A stretch of 64,000 nucleotides of DNA, taken from Mytilus trossulus. Lineage: Eukaryota. Below are positions 40,001-52,053 of the stretch, one piece after another. The notes below the pieces were generated by a model. That model worked only from the letters and a program-made list of their open reading frames with translations. It was not told the DNA's origin and did no database searches. A program made the position numbers and the translations under genes. The stretch covers positions 93,041,630 through 93,105,629 of the forward strand of contig NC_086376.1 in the NCBI RefSeq assembly GCF_036588685.1. The letters run 5' to 3'. Each line of letters begins with the position of its first letter. Position 1 is the first letter of the stretch.

Positions 40001-43000
40001 AACCTAGGTCTACCTCCTTAAGGTGGTACCTAACACTACAGGGAGATAACTCTGTAAAGTCAGATAAACATTTTAATTACGTTGTGTTGTAAATTGAATA
40101 TCAAACTTCTCAATGATCAAAGTTGGTGTTTGTCAAATTGCTATATAACCAGTGTATTTTTTCTGACAAAACGGTTGGTTCAAAATTTTTGAAATTTTTA
40201 TATTTTTGTGAAAGTGTCAAAATATATACTTTGACAAAATTTTATGAAAATTAAACGAGCCAAATTAATTTTAGTTAAAGTGTTGGGTACCACCTTAAAT
40301 AAAGTTTTATGTCATTATGTCTATTGTTAAACATGTTAAATAAATTATCATGATCCTTGTTAACATGGTTAAGCTGCTTTTACAAACCTTATCTTTAAAA
40401 TGAATAACTCATTATTATCATGATTATACATGTAGTACAAATGAAAATTATGTAATAACAGAAGTCCATTACTAGATGAAGTAGTAATTGACTTCTGGAA
40501 ATAATTATTAATATTTCATGGCAATACATGCGTTTGTACTTAATTGTTTTTAAGTTGGTACAAACTGGTTTAAATGTGAAAACTTACTTTTTATTCCTTA
40601 AACTTTTGACTCTCCTAATTATCTTTTGTACTGTCTGACCTTTAGCCCTCTTTACAGCTTGTCTCATCATAATAATCTGTCAAATCAAAAACACAAAATA
40701 AACCATACAATATACTAACCACTATTGTTCCACATCATGCACTTTCAGATGTTTAATCAAATAACAAATGGAGAGAATAAAAGTGTTTCCACAAAAAATA
40801 AAATATATTTGATCACATAAAATAATTGGCAGTGTATTATAAATAACCATAAATGTGAATGCCTCATTGAAAAGTGGCTTTGAAAGCAAATGGGACCCCC
40901 ACCCTTTTTATGCATTGCTTTTCATTAAAAAAATTCATAAAAAAATTCTGTCATACTTCATATACTCGTTGTATATTCTTTAGTTATCTTACAAAATTAC
41001 TCTTTTTCTTGCGCCCACCAGAGTCGTTGAGTATTGGTCAAGTTTGACAGATCACTAACGTAGAATGAAGATGTAGATGTAGTCATTATATTAATTAGAA
41101 CACGAAGGTTTAATGTGGTTCTTCTTTTGCATTTAATTTACAATAGTATAATATGCAGCATATTTGAGCATATCGCTTCAAAGATTGAACAGAATCCTGC
41201 TCCACATTCAATCCTTTAATGCAAAGAAATCATATAATTGATGACTTCTTGTTGATTCTAACATTGTATGTTTGTTGTAAAGGACACAGGAAAGAATAGA
41301 TGTAAATTTTAAACATCTATGACATTATATAAAATAGGAATATGAATTGCTTTGATAGATAATCAAGACCTCATATATCCAAAACTTGCTAGAACAATCA
41401 TAATGTTGAATTGGGGCAGTATCATTGTTTGATGTGTTTTCGACTAATAACAATTTTTACTGCTTAAGGGTTTCACTGTTGAGTTTTTATTCAGGTGTTT
41501 ACTCAAATTTAAAAAGCATGTCCTGTAGATTGATTTTTTATGGTATCTAGTTTTTTTGTCAAGGCTTACTACAATTTTTACTGTTTCCGATTACTTTGCG
41601 ATTTTTGTATGTTTGTATGTAAAAAAAAACGGTGTGATATGTTTTCGACAGGAAATGACTATAAAATCCGGAAATTAATATTTTCTTAAGTCATGGTTCT
41701 GGTGATCGCTTAAATCTTAAAAAAAATTAGTTAATACTTTTCAGAACAGAAATTACTAGTAATTAGTTTTAGGTTGGCGTTTCATATGTTGAAATTGTAA
41801 GATTTTGATTAATTTCAGATTGGCACCTGGTTTGTACAAAATACATTATTTTTTCTAAAATAAAATGCAGTTTTCAAAATTTAGGTTTAAATATAAACAG
41901 TTATGACTGTTTTCATCTTCATTTATCAAGGATGTATAAAAAGAATTGTCAATAAAATATTGAATAATTAGATTTTGAACAACCATTTTAAAAAAAAACC
42001 TTGTTAATTTTAACTTGCTGGTTTGTAATTAAAATGACCAAAAAATACATGACAGTCACTTGTTTTAAAGATTCCGTGTCTGACAGGCAAAAACATACAG
42101 TGTATCTGGACTTTATTTAAACCCTACAGAATTTTTTTCCACAACTTTTCTAATGATGCATATTTTTGACAATAAAATAAAAATGCCTAAATAGGTCAGT
42201 TTTATTAAATTTGTTCTAATGTCTTTAAAAAGCGACGTTGAATATGTGTTAAATTTGTCAAGTTGTAGTGGTGGTGTTGTTCTAAATACCGTATACATGT
42301 TACAATTTACATTATGCATTCTAACCCACGATAGCTATTAGCTTCGGGTCGATCCGGCCCCACCTCGATCCGGCCCAAGTCGATCCGTCCCACATCACGG
42401 CCCCACGTCGATACGGCCCCAATAAAAAATATATTTATAAGGAATAAAAAATAAAGATATATATTAATTGTAATTCATAAATGTTTATGATTTTTAATAT
42501 AATGTAAAAGGTGTAGGGTAAAAAAAAAAAAGGCCTTTGAAAAATATGTTCTTTAGATGAGTATAAACCAACTACAAAATGTAGGTTGATTATGTTTTTA
42601 TAACAAGTTTTCAAGGTTATTGGGTATTATTATATTAAAACGTATATAAAATAATATGATAGTGCATTTGTTCTTGATGAGCAAATATTATATATGTACG
42701 CCATTGCCAGTTCCTGTATATGTTATTGTAGTGTTGCAAGTGTGACCCCTTTACAGTAAGTGACAGTGTAAAACTGTTAGTTTATGTATGTGAGTGTCGG
42801 AGAGAAAAAAACAAGTTATATGAGTATCCATTAATGACCATTATTCTTTATTGCAAATAACAAATCAATGACACTGAATGCACATTTCAGTTCACTCTCT
42901 AAAATATAATATCAGCGCTACTAAAATATAACAATAAAATCTTACACACTAACAAACACACTTCACAACTATTCAAAATATTGTCAAATTTAGAAAATAT

Positions 43001-43724
43001 ATTGACTATATTCGATATTACAAAAAAAACCACCAAGTGTTATACTTTTAGAAGCTTATGATGTTACCTGAAAGAAAAACACCAATTAATTATTATTATA
43101 TACAACAAACAAACGATCAAACTATAAAGACCTTGTTGATTACGTAACTTTAATTAATTAGGATTTGATTGAATTAAGTGATTACGAGTGGATTAACCTA
43201 GTTTACAATCATCAGACAATTATTGATTAAACAAACCAATTATAGACTAATGATTTGATTAAAAAAGTCATTATGATGAGTTAAATTTTATAAGTTCCAT
43301 TAGATTGTAAATATTTATTTAGCTATTGTCATCCATCATCAGACACTTTTTGCAAATTCCATTTATACTGTTAATTTTTTTTTCACAAATTCCTCTAAAA
43401 TCAATATAGTTCATTCATATTTTATTATGGGGCCGGATCGACTTGGGCCGGATCGACTTTGGGCCGGATTGACTTGGGGCCGGATCGGTTTGGGGCCGGA
43501 ACGACCGGATACTATTTTTTCCTTGACGCCTAACTGGGCAGTAAGGTGTTTTCAAACCATAAAAAATCAAAAAGCTTTTCAAGATGTCAAAATTATTTGG
43601 ACTATATATATATGAAAGCAGAATAAACATGTCATTATAAACAGTGAACCTTATTATTTAAAGACAGTATGTCTGTACTAGCTGGTTTAGCAACGTCAAG
43701 CTTTCTCTGTTCATGTACTTCCAT
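31018..43724 (-). CDS. SRFBP1: Serum response factor-binding protein 1 (BUD22 family), 7 exons, 681 aa
   Basis: Exons 43724-43650, 40676-40588, 37115-37043, 35686-35615, 34782-33182, 32360-32341 and 31133-31018 total 2046 nt with compatible phases. N-terminal '[16 protein letters not shown]...KKGTEE...[11 protein letters not shown]...ALARL' and C-terminal '[13 protein letters not shown]...[10 protein letters not shown]' match the family. Confidence 0.93.
31654..32124 (-). mobile_element. HINE-like non-autonomous Helentron with two ~170-bp internal repeats
   Basis: AACAAGAATGTGTCC...GATGCCCCAC start, ACGG/ACAG microsatellite, and ATGCCCC...GTGGGGCATAAAAA end. Confidence 0.7.
36367..36614. repeat. 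Palindromic element: ~50-bp inverted arms enclosing 4 x 32-bp tandem repeats
   Basis: TTAAACAGATAT...GAGGGGTATTTGC.AAAAATA.CAGT and its reverse complement flank (CTCTCCCCTTACAGCTCGTGAAATTTAACATT)x4. Confidence 0.8.
36617..37022 (-). mobile_element. Inverted copy of TTAA family A with family B inserted
   Basis: Reverse-complement similarity to 40022-40294 (...CCCTGTAGTGTTAGGTACCACC) and to 39809-40017 (TTAAGGTGGTAGACCTAGGTT... from ~36739). Confidence 0.75.
37438..38323 (+). mobile_element. Internally deleted hAT element retaining the C-terminal dimerization domain; 6-bp TSD
   Basis: TIR CATACCTGTCAAC/GTTGACAGGTATG with CATTGG on both flanks. ORF 37790-38149 'FW...[24 protein letters not shown]' is the hAT dimerization motif. 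Subterminal CACCCG repeats are present. Confidence 0.9.
39186..39521. repeat. 35/46-bp minisatellite
   Basis: TATGTGAGTATGACTTGATACATATGTTTT(GATTTCTGTTTT)AATCG repeated ~9 times. Confidence 0.9.
39617..40294 (+). mobile_element. Stack of three TTAA-flanked non-autonomous elements (Kolobok-like; families A-partial, B, A)
   Basis: TTAA|GGTGGTACCTAACAC... starts at 39617 and again at 40022-40294 (ending GGTACCACC|TTAA). Family B lies at 39809-40017 (GGGGATAGACC...GGTCTACCTCC) and shares the TTAA sites. Confidence 0.8.
42341..43512. mobile_element. Foldback-like DNA element with tandemly repetitive TIRs (possibly Mutator-like), TA-flanked
   Basis: About 5 copies of a ~17-bp GTCGATCCGGCCC(C) unit at 42348-42420, mirrored at 43429-43507. 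The interior is AT-rich and non-coding. Confidence 0.75.
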
Positions 43725-44041
43725 TGTTGAAATGTTGTTAAATATAGAAATAGGATTAGTTGATAGATCTTTGCAAATAATATATCAATCACATCTTAGA
43801 AAAAGCTCATGGTAAGAAATGGGAAAGAACACATTTTTTTTGGTCACTGTCAAATTTGTGCTTTAAATAGGGGATAACAAACAATGTTATTCAAACGCAA
43901 TGATGATTTTTGGTATTTTTACCTCCCTTTTTTTAAGTGAAAGATTTTCTTGCAATCTCTTTTTCGAAGTGTTTCTGGGTTTTACCCAAAGGGTGCAGAA
44001 AAAACCAAAGTAACATTTCTTTACGCGTGTTCTTGTGAAAA
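43725..44041. promoter_or_regulatory. Bidirectional promoter between SRFBP1 and RBM8A
   Basis: 317 bp separate the divergent start codons. A YY1-like AAAATGGCGG overlaps the RBM8A ATG. Confidence 0.65.
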
Positions 44042-44108
44042 ATGGCGGATGTTTTGGATCTTCAAGAAGGGACCGGCGAAGAGTTCGAAGTTGACGAAGA
44101 AGGAGACC
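44042..44108 (+). CDS. RBM8A: RNA-binding protein 8A (Y14, exon junction complex), exon 1 only
   Basis: MADVLDLQEGTGEEFEVDEEGD followed by a phase-1 GTAAGA donor; matches the conserved Y14 N-terminus (MADVLDLHE.....F..DE.GD). No intact downstream exon was found in the window. Confidence 0.85.
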
Positions 44109-44243
44109 GTAAGATACTTGTATTTAAAGTAGCAGAGTCTCACAACGAACAGCAAGCTATTAAGGGCAACAAAAGCACTAGTGGAAAGCAATTCATACAG
44201 GAAAACCAATGGTCTAATCTATAAATAAAAACAAAAACACATA

Positions 44244-44827
44244 TAGTCGCCGTCACGTAAAATTGGCACGATGATTTTTGTCAAAATTTTCTTAAATATC
44301 AATCGCATTTACTCGAGATCATGTTTTTCAATTTGCGGAATAAAAATCCAATCCAAATATATACTACTGCCCTACCTTTTATTGTGTTTTCACTGTATAA
44401 TCCTGACCTTCACATTTTTCAAGATTGTTTTCATTGTAAAACCGCCATCTTGGTTTCTATGAGGATCCCTTACTACATAACATTCGTTACTCTCTGGTAA
44501 TATCATTGTCATTGATGATACGATTTCCCGCGCTTTTTACATAAAGATGACGCACAGCTCCGAGAGACACAAGAACATTGAGAGCACGTGGACTCCACGG
44601 CAACACTTCCGGTAATAACAATGTCGGATTCCACCATACAAAATAATCCTGGATTTTGTGAAGGTCAGGATTATACAGTGCAAACATAATAAAAGGTAGG
44701 ACAGTAGTATATATTTGGATTGGATTTTTATTCCGCTATTTGAAAAACATGATCTCGAGTAAACGCGGTCGATATTTAAGAAAATTTTGACAAAAATCAT
44801 GGTGCCAATTTTACGTGACGGCGACTA
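44244..44827 (-). mobile_element. MITE (584 bp, TA TSD, ~170-bp TIRs) related to the adjacent Sailor-type transposon
   Basis: TA|TAGTCGCCGTCACGTAAAATTGGCAC ... GTGCCAATTTTACGTGACGGCGACTA|TA, with long imperfect TIRs. Shares subterminal motifs with 45034-55788 in the opposite orientation. Confidence 0.9.
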
Positions 44828-45414
44828 TAATGCAACATACATGTACAATTCCAATTCACCCCTCAGGTTAATATCAAATTGGGTTTTTCACCACCAAGCT
44901 CCTTAATGTATTGGGTTTTTTCATCGACACAATATTGAATATTTAGGCAAAATCAACCCCAATTTTGTTCAATCTAAAATTAATATGTTTCTGTCTTCGT
45001 TTAGCTCTTTTATTTGGTTTAGGGTTATGGTTACAGTCGATTTCAGGTTATTCTGGTTGGGCTAAAACGCTTCGTACGTAAAACTGACTTACCGCGTCTA
45101 TTCAAAATTATGTTTTCCTAACGCATAATTTTTGGTATTGCCTTAATCCAATAATTATTTCCCCCTTGTTCCTCACATATCTGGTACCGTTTGCAAAATT
45201 GCTTCCGATAGGTTATCTCACCATTGGAAGTCGGCCATTGTTTTTACCGGAAGTGTTGCCTGGGAGTACGATGACGTATGTAAATATTATCTTTTCGAAA
45301 TTCTCGGGAGTCGTCTCGGTTAAGACGATAAAAGAAAGACGTTTATAAATAGCAGACGAACTTCTGTTTACCATATCGACTTATATTGAAGACTTGAAGA
45401 TTTGTTTATATACA

Positions 45415-48400
45415 ATGGGAAGGAAGAAAGTCAGAACGACAATCAAGAGTGTTGAGGTATAACAACTTGTGTATAAACCAAGAATGATGTTTTCTGAAAC
45501 TCAGGTGAATCACTGACAGTGCCTTTGGGGAATATCATCTGTTTTCAGTTGTCAACTTGTGTTATTGAAAACTTTATAAAGTTGTCCCTTTTAATGTATC
45601 AAAGTAAGAAATACTGTAGTGATTACCCATACAATTCAGAAAACACCATTCACAGCTTTTCCCTTCATATATAAAACTTTTCTTCCCTGTCTACTGCAGT
45701 TTTGAACATGCAAGAAAAAAAACATGACTCTTTGCAAATGATTCAAGACATTAAAGAATACAGAATAATGGGAAAAATATAGAAATAATATAGAAAAAAA
45801 TACCCAACACAGGGGCAGATCCAGCCTTTCAAAGGGAAATTCCAACCTAGGAGAAAGGGGTTGACGCTCTACCCATTTCTCCTGGGTTCTAAGGGGTGGG
45901 ATTTCCAAATGTATGACCCCATTCTGACCCCCAATGCCACCACTAACGAATACAACAAAATAAAGAATAGAGAATTCTATCTATTCATTGGCTGATCCAG
46001 GGTTGAGGAGGGTTGGTTTCCCTTTTTTGGGGGCAATCAATGCATTCATATGGGGACCTATAGTCAAGACATACATCCCTTTTTGGGGGGCAATCAATGC
46101 ATTCATATGGGGACCTATAGTCAAGACATACATCCCTTTTTTGGGGGCAATCAATGCATTCGTATGGGGACCTATAGTCAAGACATACATCCCTTTTTTA
46201 AATGGCTGTTCTGCCCCTGATATTTTTACACCAAGAAATGAAAATTGGACACAACATTCATCAATCATACTTTATCACTAGACTAGTATATATTTGTTAA
46301 GGGGCCAGCTGAAGGACGCCTCCAGGTGTGGGAATTTCTCAGTACATTGTATACCTGTAGGTGACCTTCTGCTGTTGTTTTTCTAGTATGGTCAGGTTGT
46401 TGTCTCTTTGATACATTCTCCATTTCCATTCTCAATTTTATTTCACAATCAATTGCATAAAGTTCTAATCACTGATAGATCCTACATCTTATCTAAATTA
46501 TTGAAATCATCATTTTGCTTTTGCACTTTGAGTAAATTAGATGCACCAATTATCACCTCTACAACATACTTCAATAGAGATAACAGGAAGTTTGAAAAAT
46601 ACCAAATAAACTAAACCAACAACACTGCATGGTCCATTTTTCCTGAGAAATAAATAGTGCATGATTTGGCCTAAAATTTTATACAAGACTGCCAGATACC
46701 TGTAAGTGCAATAATATGGGTAAAAGAAATTGAGAATATTGTTCGCACAGAGACATGCCTTTATTTTACAATAAAATAACATATATTAGAACCTATTCAT
46801 TTATGAGTTGGACATAAGTTGCAAAAATTTTCTGCCCAACTTTTCATCCTTGATAGTAAAGTCTTTGACCATTATTTAACTTAGAGCAGAAGTCCATAAC
46901 AAGTACAATATGTGGCACTCTGACACTTTTTATCCTTAGGAAAATTGTTTTATTGCTTGTTCTTCTAGTAATTTTAATTATAATTATAGTTTTTATTAAA
47001 ATGAGCATATTTTGAAAGTTTCATCTATTTTTCCATAAAAAAAAAAGGTATGGGCATTATAAGCTAGGAATAATAATAACATGATGTCCTTTTATAGAAA
47101 ATAAGTCTGGAGACCTACATTAAAAAAAAAACCACAAATCTGAAAATATATAAACAACATTTGAATTTATCTTATATAATACAAGGCATGGACATTTTTA
47201 CCTAGGTTAATAAACTACAAGGAAATTATTAGGAAAAATAGGGGGATATGAATTCCATTAGTATTTATAATGCACAACTCTAATTATAAAACATAGTATT
47301 GAATATTCATTGTGTACATGTAAATATTTTTTTTTCAAAATTAAAGGACATGAATGCTTGAAGAATATAAATGACATTGACAAAAGTTTCTAGGAAAATT
47401 GGCCAAGGGACATCCATTTCAAGAAAATTATAAATCCACAACTCTATTGAATATCAAAACATAACATTAAAATTTCAATTGTGTATATGTACTACATGAT
47501 TTAAATCGTTATTATTTTTTTCCTATACAAAAAAGGGACATGTATGCTTTCACCTAGAAATATTAATGATGGACTTTAATTCATAGAAAAATGAGTGAGG
47601 GAAAAGAAATAACTTACATCAGACTAAAAATACAAGTTAATTTTGTAACAATGGATTTTTAAGGCCAGAAATATGTGGCAACCTAGGTTTCATTTTTAGA
47701 AATAATAACTCACACTCTCATAAAATTCATAAACAGTTACCCAAGGGTGTCTTGACAAAATATTCTATCCATTGAGCACACCCAATTAAATTTTTATACA
47801 CAGAATTCATTCCAGGAATTGTATACTAAGGGAGGTAATCCCTATAAGAAATAGATTTATCTCCCATTAATTTGTCAAATTGTTGGTTACAATATTGACA
47901 TTTTTCAATGCTAAATTTTCTAATGCATGCAACAATTATAAAAAGCATCCCCAGAATAATAACAAACAAATAAATCTATGCTACAAAATTGATTAAAAAC
48001 TGTTATGAATTAATTGAATACTAGAATTATAATGGAATGGAAAATTATGTCGGATTACATGCATTGTCACAACGTCAGCTCTGACGACATCAAGAGGAAA
48101 AACAACATTTATAATATTAAGATAAATACAAAATAAAGAGTATATCCACATCAAATACTAGGTAGTTTAAAATGTTATTAAGCCAGCAATCTGACAACAA
48201 GGATGAACAATTTAGAAATTATGATCTGCTTAAAATAAATTGTTAATAATAATTTAGAAATCAAAAACTGTACACTTACAGTTAAAACATTTTCATATAA
48301 TTTATATTGAAAAACACTTAATTTAGAAAGCTATATATTATAATAAAAGAAATTGTGTAAATTAAAAATTATATTTGCCATTGATTTTTGCAGGTTTCAC

Positions 48401-51277
48401 ACCTCCTTGAAAAATTCTTAAAATTTTTCACCATGGAAAAGAAAATTGGAAAACCATGGTGTTTAAGTGATCCTTGGTCACGCATGGTGAAGGCAACAGG
48501 TAGTGTAAATATTTATGGTTAAGACACTGGCAAATATGAATTCTTGACTTACATTAAAACGGCTTGTCTGAAAATTTTACTTAAAAGTCACTGACTGTTC
48601 TTTATGAGTTATAGTTATAAAACTGGACATCCCCCTATTCTTAATTTATAATTCCCATATCTCAGAACAGTTTAAAGATCTTGAATTTTTAAATTAAAAA
48701 AAAAGAGCCTGTTTCAATTTATAGAGACAATTTTCAAAAGTTTTATGAAAGTAAGGTTTGAAACTATCTCAGGAAACGTCAAAAAACAGAAAAACATTTT
48801 AGTCATTACATTCAATCAAAATTATTTACACATGCATAGCTTCAAAATCAAAAAAGTTCAATAAAACAATATGCATAAACTATTGAAAAATAATGGTCCA
48901 TCTTCTTTACTAAGGAAACCGACAGCTTCACACAAACCAGTACTTTACAAAATAAAAATGTACTAGAAAATGTGTTCTTTAAATACAATTATAAAATCTC
49001 CTGAAAAGATTAATACTCTCAATATCTCGTAATTGGTTGATTATTAAAGTGTTCACATTTAACACAGAACAAATGAATGTTAATATTTCTGAATAATTTT
49101 TCTCTATTTTCAGGTATAAGCCTCAGTACATTAAAGAGGAAGATCGAGGCTTTGGATCCAGTGCAGGATGTTGTAAAGGCAGTCCACAAGTCATCAATAC
49201 AGAAGCCTGGTCCAAAGCCTTGGATCTTGGACGACTTTAACCGGAACGTTGTCAAAAGGACCATCCATGATATGTACCGGAAGAAACAGGTGGTGTCCAT
49301 GCCCCGTCTTCATGAAGTCCTGAAAGAGAAAGACATTACTGCATCATTGTCAACAGTAGTGAGAACAGTGAAGTCACTGGGTTTTCGGTAAATATTTATC
49401 AAAATTAACATTTTTAAGTAGGTAGGGAATTTATTTCCTTTCTGATTGACAAGCAAAATAACATGCTTGTTGAACACAAGAAAATGAAGTTACATTTAGG
49501 GGCCTTTTATAGCTGACTATGAGTATGAGCTTTTCTCATTGTTGAAGGCTGTAAACTGACATTTAGTTGTTAAAGTCAGTGTCATTCTAGTCAGTTGTGG
49601 AGAGTTGTTTCATTGTCAATCAGACCAATTCTTTTTTATATTTACTGCACACACAAAAAAAAACAAGAAATCTTATTTCATTTTAAAATTAATTTATATT
49701 TTTGGGACAACAAAAAGAAATTCATATATGTAAATATGGTAAATATATGGTCTAACAGCCCATACCTGATTCAAAACACAAGACATCTGCACACCATTGA
49801 TTAACATTTTTGTCAAACACTGTTATCATCAACCAAATGTAGAATCTGTAATTAGAAGTATTATAAGAAGTCAGTATGTAGGAAACAGTGTATTTGAAAA
49901 TTACATTTTTTTTGCAGTGAAAATTAGTTATAGAGAAAAAATCATTCCTATTATTTCTTTATTCTGAGGACAATGCAATAAATGCCAATGATTAAACTAG
50001 TATGTCTTTTTTTCAGGTTTTCCAAGAAAGGATCGGGCCGACGTCATGTCGTTGAGAGGGATGATGTTGTCGCTCTTCGTCACCATTATCTGCGTCAGAT
50101 ACGTAAGTACAGGCAGCAAGAGCGTCATATTGTGTATTTAGATGAGACTTGGTTGAATTCCAATCATGTAGTCAAAGGTGATTGGCTGGATGAACCTAGC
50201 ACATCCATGTCAGTCTTTGAGCCACACTGTGAGGGCAGCGGGCGTTCTTTACCATCTGGTAAAGGCACTCGTTTGATAATCCTAGATGCTGGATCTTCTC
50301 AAGAAGGCCTCATCCCTGGTGTTGGCCTAATCTTTGAGTCGAAAACCAGCAGCTCGGATTATCATGATGAAATGAATAGTGAACACTTCACAGAATGGTT
50401 CAGAGACACGCTCATCCCTAGACTAACTCCCCAGTCTGTAGTTGTAATGGACAATGCTCCATATCACAGCCACTTAGATCCTGAGTCGAGGGCACCTTCT
50501 ACAGGTGCTAATAAACCAGGTATCTCGGCATGGTTGGATAAGAACAATGTTGATTATGACCCCAAAATGAAAAAGACTGGGCTGCTTGATTTGGTAAATC
50601 AGCACAAGCCTCAGAAAAAATATGTGATAGACGAACTTGCAAAAGCTCATGGCCATGTGGTTTTACGATTACCCCCTTACCATTGTGAGCTCAATCCCAT
50701 TGAAATGGTTTGGTCTGACTTGAAAGGCTTCGTAGCTAGAAAAAATTCTACCTACAAAATTAAAGATTGTAAGAAGCTTTTTGAGGAGGCCAAGTCCCAT
50801 TTCAGTGCGGAGCGCTGGGCTAAATTTGAGACTCATGTGGTGAGGGAGTATGAAGAAAAGCTCTGGCAGATCGATGGTCTCAGAGACAAGGCTCTTTCTC
50901 CAGTTATTATACACATGACGGACGATGAGACGGATGACAGTCAGGCGACTATTGTATATTGTCAGGAGGGGGGTACCGATGACGAGGAAATTGACATGGA
51001 CATTGTTGACGGTTATGTCTCTGATACCAGCGATCAGGCTGATGTGATTTTGTGTAAAATTTGTCATGACACTGATCCGCCAGGACGTGTTCCCAAGCGA
51101 GACCGGGGAACACACATTGATTGGTTTCAGTGTGACACCTGTGATCAGTGGCTGCATAACAAATGTTGCACAAAACCTGCCCTGGCGCAGATAATGTGTC
51201 CTCGGTGCTATTCTCTTCTTCACCACCGAAAGCTCAGTGAAACACTGGTCTCACCACTGGATGATATGGAGCAATAA
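45415..51277 (+). CDS. Intron-containing DD83E transposase with C-terminal PHD finger, predicted 560 aa
   Basis: Exons 45415-45456, 48394-48499, 49114-49387 and 50017-51277 (1683 nt, phases 0/1/2 compatible). HTH-like 'RMVKATGISLSTLKR' and 'SLSTVVRTVKSLGFRF'. Catalytic YLDETW (D at 50141), VMDNAPYH (D at 50450) and LNPIEMVW (E at 50702), with 83 aa between D2 and E. C4HC3 PHD at 51053-51208. Exons 1-2 are less certain than exons 3-4. Confidence 0.88.
46020..46199. repeat. 3 x 57-bp tandem repeat inside a small GC-ended MITE in transposase intron 1
   Basis: GGGGGCAATCAATGCATTCATATGGGGACCTATAGTCAAGACATACATCCCTTTTT x3. Confidence 0.85.
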
Positions 51278-52053
51278 TGTCTTTCTTTAATGTTGGTCAA
51301 ATGCAGTGCATTTTTCCATCAGTTTCAGGACTTCTGAAGAATGGACAATGTTATATCTGTGATAAAAGCATATCTGTGATAAAGACTATATTGTGATAAA
51401 AGTAAAGCATATCTGTGTTAAATTATATAGTGCTAAACATCTGTGATTTGTTGTGTTTTAATGTGCAATATCATGATTGTAAATATTATCGTCATTCGTG
51501 TAAAGAATTTATCATGTAAAAAATTATCTCGAAATTCTTGGACTGTTGTTGACATTAATTATATATGCATATTATTTATTGTTACACGTTGATTAAGTTT
51601 AATTTGAATTTATCAAATTTTATCAATTTCAAATAGTTAAATGTATTGCAAGTTATTTTATATCAAAATGTTTCAATATAACTTATCAAAATCTCATGTG
51701 TATTTAATTATTTTAAACAGACTTTATATTTGTAATATGTACAAATAAATGGTTGTATGAATCTCAATTTGAAATGGAGATTAGAGACATATGAACACAA
51801 ACTATTTTAGTTTTCACTTCATATGCAGAGAAATTACATTATTAAGCAGTGTAAAATATCTACACTTTATGGATTATTTAGATTAAACAGAGACAAAAAT
51901 TGTTCTCATTCCATATAATTAGTTCACTACTGACAAAGAAGTACAAAATGTAGGAGGGGACGTTTAGGTTGCACTCTGTTTATCTGTTTGTCAATCTTTC
52001 AGTCCAACAAATCAGTTTTCAACATTTTGTATGCCCCATATATGGTGATCTAT

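Noticed and set aside
44109-44224. Continuation of the 60-aa ORF 44042-44224 as RBM8A coding sequence
   Set aside because: Similarity to Y14 stops at the GTAAGA donor; the remainder is intron read-through.
45015-45033. Telomere-like TTAGGG at the transposon insertion site
   Set aside because: Only two imperfect units at the reconstructed empty site; too short to claim telomeric-repeat targeting.
50474-51226. Antisense ORFs up to 185 aa over the transposase
   Set aside because: Shadow ORFs of a GC-richer coding exon with no recognisable motifs.
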